Numbered from the stretch's first letter, positions 13,150 through 27,582 are shown. The stretch is 64,000 nt of DNA from Malacoraja senta (GCA_038087875.1 CM075988.1:6574001-6638000); one strand, 5' to 3'. Numbers and translations: made by a program. The notes: generated by a model from the letters alone, not told the origin.

Positions 13150-16100
13150 GTACTAACTCCTCCGCACTCCATGGTCTTGTGGTCACTTTTTTCTCTTGAC
13201 CCTGACTTTACTCAACTGAATCCTAAAACAATCCCCGCCTTTGAATTTTAGCTCAAACCGAACACTGCCAGTGCATTTGTAAGCCGTAGAGCCATAGCCA
13301 GCAGCGTAATGCCATTTTAATACTCAATCACCCTATTATAGAATCTTACACAAGCACAACCTGTGTAGATGCTTGTTTTGTACTTAATCCATTCAAACCC
13401 ATTGCTTGTCCTAATCAACCATAATGTTCCTTTCTGTTTTGTAACAATTAAACCAAAATCCTACTTTTCTCTTTATCTGTATATATAAATGTAAACATTG
13501 ATATAACCTTCTTCTAAATGGTGACATCTGTCCTTCTTTTAAAATATATAAACTTCGGTCCTATTCTATCCTCAGCCCAACTTAACTCTTCCTGCCTCAC
13601 TTTAATAAATAATAATCCTTTTCCCTTTCGCAATTTTTTCAGAAACTATTTTCACTCTACTCTTTCTCAATCCCTCCCATTAGAAACTGCTTACTCCAAG
13701 CCCTGATATAATATTAATCATGAAGGGAGCCATTCATGGACCTGCTGATTTTGTCAGTGTGCAGTAAATGGACAGATTTTTGGAGATATGGTGAAGGAAT
13801 GTGGGCGGGGATGCGTTATGAATGAGCTGAAGGGAATGGTATTGAAGCAGACAATGCTGAAAGGGACATCATGGGTACAGAAAGGTTCCTACAAGCTTGC
13901 ATTTATGAAGAGCTGAAAAGGCTGGCGGCTGCTGTGTCTTTAAGATGTACATTAGAGTTACCTAGTACCAATTTAATTCTATTCCAAACTTTATTTAATT
14001 ATTCAGTATTAGTTATCATTTTTTGAAATTGCTACAGATCTTGACAGTAAGAATAAGGGTGGGGTTATTCCGAATATTTGATTCTTTAATATCTCTGTTC
14101 AGTCGAGTTACTGAGTGGAGGCTAGCCAATTGCTATTTCGGGTTGTTGTCAACACTCTGAGCTCCTGACTGTAAAATATGTGTCCACAAATGCAGTGAAG
14201 ATTCCTTGAGTAATCACTGCCATTGCAGAACTGAACTGTCCTTAAAAATATTGTAATATATTTTCAAAAAAGATTCCAGAATTCAAATCCAGACCACTGA
14301 AATAATTAATTTGTGGTCTAGAGGGGGTGAAATGGTGGACATGTATCTCTATGGATGGGGCATGAGAGCATCAGTCACCAGTTGTTATGATTTCGGAGAT
14401 TTCGGAAGCAAGAATCAATTCAGTCAAACTTCCCAATTTGTAGATTGAAATTTAAGAAGTCAAGTTGGTTACTAAAGCACTAAAAATGTAAGTTCAGTAA
14501 AAAATTTGCTCATGACATCGATATCTAATACTAGTCCTCATACTCTGAGCCTTTATTACTACTTTGTAATTTGTCCAATAATATTGTTTTAAATTGTAGT
14601 GTCATTGCCAAATGACTAGGTCTAACACTGAAATCCATTCTGTCTTGATAATTTGTTTTTACTAACACTGTTCTTCTGTCTTCTTTGCTCTCTAAAGTTG
14701 CTCTGATTTCAGTAAGTATTATTTTGACAAAACTGATCTGTTCCTGTGTTCAAATTACTTGACACATCTGTGATGTTATTTTTACTATGCTTGCATCCTT
14801 TTGAATCAAAGTGCAAACATGCGATATGTTTCAAGTGGTCTTTTAATCACCTCAGAACCTGGTTTAAATTTCACTGATGATTGATGTAGGTGTCTTCTCT
14901 TCAGCGGCTCCAGGAAAGCGAATGAAATTAATTTGACCAGTGTCAGGCACTACCTACTGTGTACAAATATCAAATGGGAAGTCTAGATGAAAGGCCACTA
15001 GTGTGATTATTGTAGGAAATAATCGTGAATTAGGACCAGTATATTGGGGCAGTGTAAGGAACACTGTTATACCTAATTGCAATGCACCAGGTTTGATATG
15101 CTTCATGCTAGAACCGAATATTTGATATGTTAATTTGATCTTTTAACTTCATAATTAAACAAAATGCAAAATGTGCATTTCTTAAAACCTATTTATTCCA
15201 ATTCTTGTGATGCAAGGAACTGCAGGTGTAGATTTACAAAAAAAGACACAAAATGATGCAGTAACTCAGCCGGTCAGAGAGCATCTCCGTAGAGCAACCT
15301 ATCCATGTTCTCCAGAGATGCTGCCTGACCTGCTGAATTACTCCAGCACTTTGTGTCTGTTTTTATTCTGATTCTTGCCTGGTTCAGAGATGAGTTACAT
15401 GCCTGTCGTCAATAACCCCTCTTCTCCCCCCCCCCCCCCCCCCACATAAAGTTATTCTGTTTACTTACTTTACTGAGATCGTGTGGGGGGGGGGGGGGGG
15501 ACAGTTAGATCAGAAGCATCATAGAAAGTACCGGTATATTTTATGTACAAATTAACAGTATTTTCCTCACCTGACATTGTTGCTGTTTCAAAGCAAATTG
15601 TGTTTTTTTTACTGCTATATCTTCAGTAATGGATCTCTGAGACACTATTAGGCACTTAATGAGAATGCTTTGATAGGGGTTGTGTTAGCTGCCCTGCTGA
15701 TGTTGCCAGCTTTCCTTGGGCAATTATTTTCAGCATGCCCTCCCGCTCAAACAGTGATATCATCAAACGAACAATATAAATGTGGGGCCACTACTTTGGT
15801 ACAGTACTGATGTGGCACCAAAATATTCTCCTCAGCTATTTTAGCTGCAATCTCAGCTAACACATCAAGAAATTTGAACAGTGTATTTAGTAATGAATTA
15901 AGACTCTCCCTTGGCTAGTTAAGCAATAATTAAGTCTTGCTCGTGGAAGTAATGTATTACTATCAATCTGAGTTTTTAAAGGCCACTATTGTCTTTAATT
16001 GTTTTTTACTTCTGCATAATGGTAACATTGCTTGCCACTGTGTAATTCACAAAGTAGTGCCCTTGGACAAAAATTATAATTGGCTATTTGGTATTTTATA

Positions 16101-16454
16101 TAAACCTTTTATTCTTTCTTCTACGACTTGTGCTGCAAGTAACTTCATTTGATCTTGTTCTTGATAGTTTGGAAACAACAATTTATTATGGCACATAAAT
16201 GGAGGTGAATATCTTTAGTATTCATGAGGTTAGACAACAACAATAACAAAGCGGAGCTAGTCACTCTAGAAACAGGATGATATTCAAAAGGAAATATCAG
16301 TAATTATTCTACCAATTTCAGGTGTTATTCGTGACTAAAACAGACTTAAGATTTTCAACTGTAGTCTTAAATTTTACAAATTTTTATCAACTTGTCGTTA
16401 AATAATTTAAGCTCTCCAACACCTTGTTGACAACATCTGTTTCCCTCCATCTAG

Positions 16455-16661
16455 TACCTGAGGCACCAGACCGACCCACCATCTCAACTGCCTCAGAAAC
16501 ATCCGTGTATGTGACTTGGATCCCAAGAGCAAATGGGGGCTCCCCCATCACCTCCTTTAAGGTGGAGTACAAACGCATGGGAAGGAATAGTGACTGGCTG
16601 GTAGCAGCAGACAGCATCTCTCCGTCAAAACTCTCTGTAGAAGTGCGAAGTCTTGAGCCAG
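16455..16661 (+). CDS. CDON: CDON coding exon: FN3(2) N-part
   Basis: catctag acceptor, CCAG|gtaatg donor. [42 protein letters not shown]...[12 protein letters not shown]; 207 nt. Confidence 0.96.
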
Positions 16662-17825
16662 GTAATGGGCCAAATTAGTGAGGTACAAATTGCTATGAAA
16701 TGCTGGAAAGTTTGTGTGGGGAAGAAATATCTGAAGCTGCTATCTCTTGTGTTACTCTTTTGGTTTTTCTTGTGTATTTTGAGGATTTTGAATCCCTTTG
16801 GGATATAGTTCAATGGACATTAGATTCCTGTTATTTTAATGTTAAACCTAGACAATGGACATTGTCAGTGACAATGACAGTGAGCTCTTTGAATATGGTG
16901 TGTATTGTACCCAACTTAAATCCTGATTTCATGTAATTTTACATTCAGTCAAATCAATTTATAATAATTAGGAGTGGCATTTTTCTGAACAAAGTCCTGC
17001 TGGTAGAGGTAGCATTGGTTGTCCATCTCAGTTGGGATCACGAGCTTCCTTGAACCATTATAATCATATTTATAGCAGTTTGTCAGGCAAATCTGGAGAA
17101 TAATTAAACATCAACCACGTTGGTGTGCAGCAAGGGCTGCATTTAGGCTAGAAAAGGACACAAAATGGTGGAGTAACTCAGCAGGTAAAACAGCATCACC
17201 GGAGAACATGGATAGGCGACTCAGCCTGAAGAAGGGTCCCAACCTGAAATGTCATCTGTCCTTGTTCTCCAGAGATGCTGCTTGACCCGCCTAGTTACTC
17301 CAACATTTTGTGTCCTTTGGTGTAAACCAGCATGTGCAGTTCCATGTTTCTGCATTACGGCTAGCCCAAGTAAGGTTAGGGAGGATTCCCTGGGTAGAAG
17401 GATATGAGTGGGCCAATTGGATTTTTTTTTTTTTTGCCAATCAGGCAATTTTATGTCAATTCTACTGATACCAGTTTTTTTATTTCCAGTTCTCTAAAAC
17501 TGGATTCAAAATCATAAATTGCCATAATATGATTTATGCTCTCATTCTCTCTCATGAGTCCAGACTTCATAAGTACTGAACCAGTAATGTAATACTTCAG
17601 ATGGATGTTTTCCCGTCCAAATGTACCACTGGGCATCTGCCATTGCCCAGCCCTGTAATGGGGTTTCAGTTTGAGTAGTCTGAGATTTATTTTATTTCCA
17701 TTGCCCTTTTATAGAAAATCCTCATGTCCAGACAGAGGGGCTCAGCCTGTCAGTAAATTTGTCCCGTCTGCATAATGTCTGGACTAATTGTTGTTCCTTT
17801 TTTGTCGGATATTTCTGCGCCTCAG

Positions 17826-18007
17826 GTGCCACATATAAGTTCCGTGTGATTGCCATCAATGCCCATGGTGAGAGTCCAAGAAGCGCAGCGTCCCGGCCGT
17901 ACCAAGTGGCAGGTTTCAGCAACCGGTTTTCGGCACGTCCAATCGCAGGCCCTCACATTGCTTATACAGAGGCCATCACAGACACACAGATCATGCTGAA
18001 ATGGACG
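17826..18007 (+). CDS. CDON: CDON coding exon: end of FN3(2) and start of FN3(3)
   Basis: ctcag acceptor, ACG|gtaagc donor. [60 protein letters not shown]. Confidence 0.96.
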
Positions 18008-20669
18008 GTAAGCATTGCTGCCTCATTGTTGTTCTTCGGTCTGCTATTTTCTACCTTCCATTTTGCTCTCTCCCTCTCTGCACATGTTAATGAAGTGACA
18101 AAAATCACAGATGTAGGATGGGTGCCCCAGTTCTGCCTCGTAATCATAATAGCAAACCTGTTTCAAATCTGAAAATATTCCCAATGTATAACTCTCCTTT
18201 GCAGGATCTAAATAAATCAAGATTATTTAGCGCAGGATGTAAGTGGGATTAAAGTACTTCGCTGTATTTGAAGGTTGATAAAAAAATGCTGGAGAAACTC
18301 AGCGGGTGAGGCAGCATCTATGGAGCGAAGAAATAGGTGATGTTTTGGGTCGAGACCCTTCTTCAGACTATATTTGAAGTTAATGGTTTTGCAGAGATGA
18401 ATCCATTTTGTCTGTTTGCCTGTGTCACCTGCATTACTCTACTATTGAACTCCAGCAGGATACTGCAGAGAAATATGAAGGAATAAATGGCTCCGGATTT
18501 AGAAATTTAAAGCAACATTCTCCATTTTCCTGTATATCAGGAACTGAAAACACTCCGGCAATCTGGTATCAAAGACTCACTAATTAATGCCATACCAAAC
18601 ATGAAACGATGGACATCTTAACTTAAAAAAAATCATAATCTGTGTGGTGGCTTGAGTTAAAAGTAGATGTCATAAAAATAAATGCCTCTGTTGAAGTATG
18701 GTAACATTATGAATTCACTTTAAAAGATATTCAGATTGGTTAGGATCACTAGTCATGGGAGATCTTCAGAGAAATATTGACAACACGATAACTATAGCCT
18801 AACCACTGTGCTGGTATATTTAATTTGGAGGAAGATAAAGGCTAGAAAAATCTGGATTAATGATAGTCCGAGGGTCTCCATTGAGGTAGGAGGTAGCTGC
18901 GTTGTCTGATGATCCGGGCTATGTCCACAATTCTCTGCAATTTCCTGCGGTCTCGGATGTTAGTGTGGGAACAGGCCCTTTGGCCCACTTGGTCCACACT
19001 GGTTCTATATTAACCCACTTTCTCATCCACATCGGGGCAATTCACAGAGGCCAATTAACCTACAAACCCACACATCTTTGGGATGTGGGAGGAAACTCGC
19101 ACAAGTCATAGAGAGAACATGCAAATTCCACACTGACTGCACCCGAGGTCAGGATCAAACCTGGGTCTCTGGCGCTCAGCTCCACCAGCTTGTCACTCTC
19201 CCACTCATCGAGTCCCTACTCTTCGAAGTGAATGAGTCAATGAGATAACAGTTAATTAAGAAAACACATCTGCCTGAAAAATCCCCTGTCCAGCTCGCAA
19301 TACAGATATGAGCTTATTTGTTCTGAGTTTAACATAACAGCAAAAGATATCTTAGATGAGTCATCATCACAGTATTACAGCACAGAAGGAGACCATTTGA
19401 TCCATTGAGTTTACATTGGTTCCAAGCAGAGCCAATTCTTCCTGTGCTGCATAAAGAGAACACTTGCAGTCAGGATCAGAGCCAGGTTGCTGGAACTGTG
19501 AGGTGGCAACAAGGACTGCTATACCACTGTGTCAAACGAAGGAAGAGTAAAGTATATTTTCTGAAAATGCAAATTTAAAATAGGTAAGGGTCTTTAAGCA
19601 AAGGAATCGTTGGAATGTTTATCCTTGGTATTTGCTAGCAGGTCTCTTTCCTCCACCCCAATCCCCCCCGCTCACCATACCAATTACTTCTCAAGGTTTG
19701 CCTCATCTCAACCAGAGAGTGGTGAGTCTGTGGAATTCTCTGCCTCAGATGGCGGTGAAGGCGGGTTCTCTGGATGCTTTCAAGAGAGAGCTAGATAGGG
19801 CTCTTTAAAAATATGGGGATATGGGGAGAAGGCAGGATTGGGGATGATCAGCCATGATCACATTGAATGGTGATCGAAGGGCCTACTCCTGCACCTATTG
19901 TCTACTTTGAAAAAATGGTCACTTCACTAAGTTTTGTTTTGAATGAAAGCAAAATGGATTTTGTACCATTGCTTAAAATTAGAACTCAAAATGGGGAATT
20001 TGGTGATGCAAGAGAAAATCTAGAACTTTTGAAACTAAAATTATTTAGTTTGGAGGACATCTTCAAATTCCCATCCTTTTAGCAATTTTAATCGTGGCAG
20101 AATTTGCTTGCTGAGGGCGAGGTTAGAAGCTCTTTATCAGTCATAAAATGCATTATGCTATGTATTTTCTCTTCAGTCACCCAGACAACTCGTGAAATCC
20201 AAGCAAGTGCTCAATTACAATGAGCCCTTTCCTGCCAGCAAGCCAAATAGTTTAATCTCTCGTTAAATGAATGTTGTATCAGCTTTTCTTTTAGTTTAAA
20301 AGACAATTTTTATTATAAGCTATTTCTGAATTGTTTGATCCCTGAAGATTAGTAGGAGGCAAGGCATTGGACAAATATTTTACTCTTCTCTCATGTTTCC
20401 CTCCAAGGTGAATAGATGAGCTGAGAAGACCCAAGATTATATGCAGTGATATCTCAATACTATATAGAGATAAAATTGTATCCTGATTATTACAAAGGTT
20501 CTGTGAAGACTGACTCTGAGAAGCTAGTTCGAACACACATCTGTTCCCTGAAGCTCAGCTATTAAATACTCTTAACAAGCATTTGCTATTTAATCAATAA
20601 CGTCAGGGTTATTCACAACTGTAGACAATTGAATTTTAGTTAACAGAGTAATGGCTGCCCAGTTCCTTA

Positions 20670-20914
20670 AGGGCCTGTCCCACTTGGCGATTTTTTTCAG
20701 CGACTGTCGGCATCATTGACTGACGTATCAGGTCACCGAAAATTTCCCAGCGTGATGCGGCGGAGACGCGGCGTGATGGCGTATGACGCGCGTTTTTTTT
20801 CAAGTGTCGCAACTTTTTTTTGTCGCCGCTGGATTTTGAAATGTTCAAAATCTTTTAGCGACACTGATATGACGCTGGCAGTCGCCGAAGAAATCGCCAA
20901 ATGGGACAGGCCCT
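20670..20914. mobile_element. PIF/Harbinger-type MITE
   Basis: TIRs agggcctgtcccacttggcgattt / aaatcgccaaatgggacaggccct; TTA duplicated at 20667-69 and 20915-17. Confidence 0.85.
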
Positions 20915-21854
20915 TTAATTGTTCCTTAATTTTGCAGGTTAGTGAGTAAAGAAGCCTGGAGAGGGCACATTTGATCAGGATAAAATATTTTCATAGCCCC
21001 TTATTTTCTCTGGTTGTGAATCTTTCCTGTTACCCAACTGCAAAGTTCCTACAAGTTGTTCAGCAGTTGATATATTCTCAGCAACAAGGGTTACTTGCTG
21101 TATAATTACAGAGTTCCTGTTTAATCAGGCTTAGTTTTAAGCTTTTATTGTTTCTTTCAGTATAGATTTACTTGGTGATGTGATTGGTTTGGAAGATTAA
21201 CCATCTTTGGCAATAGGCTTTATGCAGGAAAAGCTGATACAGATCTTCCCGCTTTGAAGCACAGGGTTTTGAAAATTCCCCCTGGCAGCATTGTGGTGAA
21301 ACATACAGAACACTTATTTGATGCCATAATAATGGTCTGATTCCATGCTCAGCTGAGCTGCCTGTCTTGATTGCTTCAGGGTGAAAAGGCATAGTAACTA
21401 ATATTTAAAATGAAACATATTGAGAGAGAATCAGTCTCAGTTTTCTCTCATTTTCATCTGAAACCAAAAGTTCCATTCAACTGCAAATGCTTTGATGTTG
21501 TCTAATAAAGAGACATTTTGAATTTAAGTATAAAAGCTAAAGGAAGTAATACTTGCTCATTTTTAATTTGGTTTCTCCTTTTTCGCTCCTCCTGTGCAAT
21601 GCATCATTCTTCATCCAGATTGTATAGACTCAAGTATCTATCAGTGCAGTGCATTACCCATTATTATTTTTGGTAAATGTAAATGCTGCTTGACTGAAAG
21701 TATCACTCACTGTTTTGGGTATAAATATCATCATCATCAAATGTTTCCAGGTCAGGTGGAACATTTAGATGCAGTTTAAATCTTTTCCAGTGTGTTGCAG
21801 CAACAAGTAGCCATCACCACCTGAGATGATAGGAGACTTAAAAAATAAAAAAAA

Positions 21855-22210
21855 AAGACACAAAGTGTTGGAGCCGGTCAGGCCGCATCTCTGGAGAACA
21901 TAGATAGGTGCTGTTTCTGGTTGGAACCTTTCTTCAGACTGAATCTATGGGGTGGAGGGTGCGGGGGTGCAAAGAAGAATGGAGATGGGGCAAGACAAAG
22001 CCAGCCAAATAATAGGTGAGGGGGGTTTTGATAGGCAGGTGGATGGACAAAGGCCAGAGATGATTAGACAGAAGATATAAGACAAAAGATTGAAGAGTTG
22101 CGAATTGTGAAGCTAGAGGAAGAAATGTAGGTGGAAGTGGAGGGGAAAATAGAAATAGATGCAAGTCCAGGAGGGACACGGGAGAGAAAGGAGGTTACTT
22201 GGGAAACAGC
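21855..22210 (-). mobile_element. Penelope-like 3' UTR/terminal fragment
   Basis: gacacaaagtg..ggag..cagg..gcatctctggagaaca..cttcagactg terminus plus purine-rich UTR, as in the other copies. Confidence 0.6.
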
Positions 22211-22292
22211 AGGTTAATGCAAATCTACCTGCTCTGTGTAAGAGCTGCCTTATCACTGATGCAGCTAACCTTAGTGGAAAAGAGAGGAGGTG

Positions 22293-22600
22293 GTTGGCAC
22301 GGTGGTACAATGGGAGGGTTGCTGCCTTGCAGCACCGGAGACCCGGGTTCTATCGCAACCATGGGTACTGTCTGTACGGAGTTTGTGCATTCTCCCCGTG
22401 ACCGCGTGAGTTTTCTCCGAGATCTTCGGTTTCCTCCCACACTCCAAAGACGTACAGGTTTGCAGGTTAATTAGTTTGGTGTATGTGTTGAATTGTCCCT
22501 AATGTCGGGAGGACAGTGTTAATGAGCGGGGATCGCTGGTCGGTACGGATTCGGTGGGCCGAAGGACCTGTGTCCGTGCTGTATCTCTAAACTAGACTAA
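22293..22600 (+). mobile_element. tRNA-derived V-SINE (HE1-like)
   Basis: tRNA-like head, central ggagtttg..ttctccccgtgacc..ggtttcctcccacactccaaagacgtacagg domain, CR1-type tail gggccgaagg.cctgt..ccgtgctgtatctctaaact. Confidence 0.85.
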
Positions 22601-22805
22601 AGGAAACAAAGTCTCTCCATTTGCCCTAATGATCAACTTATGTGAAAAAACATGATGCATTACTATACGGACATGATCTGCAGAACAAATTTGCCCTGTC
22701 GTGGAACTGAATTTGCAGTAACACATGAAACATCAGACCATTGGGAAGAGGCATGTTGTTAGGCAGATGATTGCAAAGCAGGCTAACGGGCTGGAAACAG
22801 GCTGA

Positions 22806-23030
<225 letters not shown>

Positions 23031-24939
23031 TAGTGTACTTGCAGCTACACTTTTCACACTAAAGCATAGCAACCACCACAACAATTTCCTTTCCCTCATA
23101 ACTTTGCAGGAAGATTTTATCATGTATATAACGTGTGAGAATAACGGCTGGCTTGTCCTTGGCACATTCCCATAGTCAAAAACAACCTTTGAATGCAATG
23201 GAAAATTAAAATTAAATAAATCCACGACACAGTGCAAAAGTTAGGATTGTTAAAGCAGGCCAGATTGTCAGACCAGTGGGAGGTAAGTCTTCGTCCATGT
23301 TGCCATGGCAATGCTTCAGGTGGAATTTCCTGTCAAGGGCATTATTTGACAGTTAATTAAATTCTTAATAGCAGCCCCCTCCTTCCCCTGCTCCATTTTT
23401 TAAAATTAAAGTACCCCATAAATCAGATCTGCGTTCAAAGGAAAAGATTGCTGAGCGATTTCCAGAATGCGGGGAAGTGTTTTGGAAGGTTTTAGCAGCC
23501 TGAATATGGGCCAGGAAAAATAAAATAATTTGATCGCACTGCAGTGCTTGGATTGGTGCAGTGATCTGGGACTTGGCGTGACTGCGGCCAGGAGACAGCG
23601 GGAACTTTCTCAGTTATTTTCACTTCTCCTTTGGGGATCTTCTGAGGATTACAGTAACGAGAAAAGGAGCTTTGCTTTACAAGTAATGTTCTTGTGTGTT
23701 TCAAGTAAGGAGGAAGATTGATTCGGTCCAAACTTAGATGATAGTACCGGTTTCCAGACGAAAAAGTTCCCGAGCCAACTTTTTGGCAGCTATTTTGACA
23801 CAAATATGCTTTACGATCTCCCTCGGCAACAGGAGAGGCAAAGGATCTATTGGAGGGGGATGGGGCTGTAGTAAAGGGGCCACAATCTGGAAAAATGAAG
23901 CCAAGACTTTTGCAGCAACATTTTAAACATTACAGAGTGGATAATATAAACCATCCACAATCTTTTTCCAAGAGCGTACCTAACTGATCTTGAACTTATA
24001 TTTTCCATTTCCGTTATCTTTGTTGCGTATTTATTCCAAGGACTATTTATCGATTTAAGCTAAATACTCGCATAATATCTTTTTTACCGTGCTAATTTTT
24101 GTTGGATTTGTTCCCTTTAATATAATGCTGTATGTTTTAGTAATTTTATTTCAAAAAGTTGCCTTCTTTTGCTAATTACTCTATTTGCTATTTAATGACA
24201 CGGAGGATGACACATTATGTATGTAAAATCATAAATGGGGTACTTAGAAATATATTTTTCCCATTGGAGGGGAGGGTGGATGTCAAATGCAAAACGGCAT
24301 AGCTTTAAGGTGAGAGGGGGAAAGTTTAAAGGAGATCTACAAGACTATGTTTTTTTAAACAGTGATTGGTAGGCACCAGGAACACACTGCCAGGGGAGGT
24401 AATTGAAGCAGATGCAATAGCAATGTTAAAGAGGCATTTAGACACTTGAACAGGCATGGAATGGAGGAACATAGACATGTGCAGGCAGAAATGAAGTTTG
24501 AAATTGGCATTCTGGTCAGCTGAAAATGGGCCGAAGGGGATGTTCCTGTGCTGTATTGTTCAATATTCTTTGAGGTTTTCAAATTTGCCAATGATACAAA
24601 AATAAGTAGAAGGGCAAGTTATAGGATACTGTCGTTCTGCAACGGGATATGGATAGATGGAGAGACTGGCAAATAGAGCTTAATGTAGTGAATTGTGAGG
24701 GAATGCAGGGAACTCTTAACTGCCCGAGAAATAACCCAGTAGTTCAATGACAATTGACCTTGCAAGCAGTAGCTGCAACACATGAATATTTTTTAAATAA
24801 ATACATTCTAAAATAATTTCTAGATTTTGGTGAATTTTGAAGATAGTTTGAACATGGGTCAATAAAAATAATTTTGAACTATTTAATCTAACAAGTTTGT
24901 CCATTACTTTTCAAAGTTATCCATGCCTAATATATGTAG

Positions 24940-25251
<312 letters not shown>

Positions 25252-25801
25252 TAGTGCAAAAGGAAGGCTGTGGAGGCCAAGTCAGTGGATACATGTAAGA
25301 CAGAGATAGATAGATTCTTGATTAGTACAGGTGTCGGAGGTTATGGGGAGAAGGCAGGAGAATGGGGTTAGGAGGGAGATATAGATCAGCCATGATTGAA
25401 TGGCGGAGTAGACTTAATGGCTAATTCTTATGAAGGTGGGAAAGATTGTAGTCAAGATCCAGTGATCTTATGAAGATGGAAAAAGATTATAGTCAAGATC
25501 TAGTGACATTTCTTGAAGTCTACCTATCAGGAAAGAACAAGTGTAACTGCAACAATGCTTACTGTTGACTGATCTGCCTGAGCTCATAATCCAGATTGGT
25601 AACCTGAAGAATGTTTGCAGTGAGATATGGTAAAGTGGCTGCTGCCTGAAACAATATATCATTGCAAGACCACATGCCTGCAGGAATTAAAGTTGTCATA
25701 ATTTTAATTTATATGTAAGCATTGCATTTAGTTTTTGAAGCATGTTCTCAATTCTGGGATATTGAATCTCATCACCGATTGTTCTTTAAATTTACATTTA
25801 G

Positions 25802-26023
25802 CTCGACGACCTCCTGGTTCCTCTGTAACTGGGGATGAGTTGAGTACGCAGCCGAATCTTGTTGATCACCTGGGCGGTGGACATGGGGCATCCTCCTCAA
25901 GTACACGGAGCAGCGACATGTTATACCTGATCGTGGGCTCGGTGCTGGGAATCATGGTTCTCATCCTCATTATCTTCATTGCGATGTGCCTGTGGAAGAA
26001 TCGCCAACAGACAACCCTGCAGA
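25802..26023 (+). CDS. CDON: CDON coding exon: juxtamembrane stalk and transmembrane helix
   Basis: tttag acceptor, CAGA|gtaagt donor. ...[39 protein letters not shown]; this TM and flank sequence fits CDON better than BOC. Confidence 0.96.
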
Positions 26024-27122
26024 GTAAGTTGAGTCGTGTGCATCAATTCTCTGCCCACTTTTTTTTTTAAAGGGGCATACAACTACTTGTGAAGCTGTTA
26101 ATGATTCATTGTGCAACGTTTTGCTCCCAGACGTGAACTTTAGTATTAGCCAGTTGGGAACATAGATTCCAGCACTCAAATAATATCCCGAAGTTCAGAC
26201 TGCATGTTATCAGCTAAGAAATAGTCTTGTCAAAACTTGAAGGGCCAATGGCCATTTTTGTTGGAAACCACTGTAGTTGTCACTGGTCTTGAAACTGAGA
26301 AGAGAAATTAGCCAAGATTCTGCGTCCTTCAAGGGTTTGACTTGCCCCTGCTGCTATCTTGTGCCTTGTGGCTGCCAGATCTGGTTCCAGGCCTCCCAGT
26401 TTGGGGCCAACCAGGATTTCAGGTACCTTCATCCAATCCACCACTTCTCACAACAGTTCCGAAATATCCCCTCTCCATGTTTTTTTCAGGGATGCTGCCT
26501 GTCCCGCTGAGTTACTCCAGCAATTTGTCTTTTTATGAGATAAGTACAATACTCACTTCAAGAACAAATTTCACAAGTTCTTACACACCCAGGGAACTCC
26601 TTGTAGTTTTATAACAATTCTGTCCAGAAATCCTTAGCCATCTAGGAACTATGAAATTGCATATTGTACCCCAATTTTTATTTGAATCACCCATGTGTTG
26701 TTTTTGTATTATGATCCTTTAAGAAATTACCATTAAGTGAGAATTGAGCCAAGGTAAATAATTTTAGACAATACGTGTGCCTAAACCAAACTGCTACTTG
26801 TTCAAGTTTCTGTTTTGTTAGCTTTAATACTTTCTCTGTTTATGTTAACAAAGCACATACACTTTCTAAATTTCTACATTTGGAACAATATTAAGTGTTT
26901 TAATGATTGCAAGGAGACATCTGACAGCTGAGGAATATCAATAAGAAAGGGCCTTCTTGCCTCCGCCCCATCTCCACAATCCAGGCTGTGGAGCTGGGAC
27001 AGGCACTTTTTCATTGTCATCACCACTATGAACGTTTCGTAGGTGGTCAGTATAACTTGGTCTCGGCAGTGATGTTAACCGTTTAAATTCAAAATTTGTG
27101 ATAAAAATATTATGAGAGGATA

Positions 27123-27470
27123 CAGGTCCATCACTGTCCGGCACCCTTGGTTCCAGAGGCTTTCTGGATTATTCATTTTACTGGACCAACAGAGATCACG
27201 CCCTCGGAGATGTCCAACGATACAGGAGTCGTCTGCCTAGACCGCCGGGGAGCCAAGTCTGCCTCAGAAGTTGGCTGTGGGGGGCGGATCTGCCGGCTCC
27301 AGCCAGGCCGGAGTTTTAGAGCCCCGGCCACAGGGGGCATATTGTCGTGGAAATCCCGATGAGGTCAACACCAGCCGCCTTACCAGCCAGGGGGGGGTTT
27401 CAGGGGAGGGGGATATCAAATACGCTCTCGTAATTTTATCCAGACTAAAAGAGATGCCGGCCCACTAGTT
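27123..27470. mobile_element. Putative non-autonomous DNA transposon remnant
   Basis: GC/CpG-rich island starting TA-CAGG, with loosely complementary ccggca/tctgga and tccaga/tgccgg blocks; ends not resolved. Confidence 0.35.
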
Positions 27471-27582
27471 CTGGGGAAATCGGTGGTGGACCTGCATCTG
27501 GAATGTTCTTTTGGCAAAGAACAAGATGAAGGAATTAATTGAAATTGCATCCTTAACTAATTATGGTGATGTTTTTCCACAG

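Noticed and set aside
21150..21180. Good acceptor tttctttcag followed by ttg|gtgatg
   Set aside because: Donor is weak, the length is frameshifting and no supporting motifs were seen.
23259..23288. Strong donor GAG|GTAAGT suggesting a small exon
   Set aside because: No upstream polypyrimidine tract or credible acceptor.
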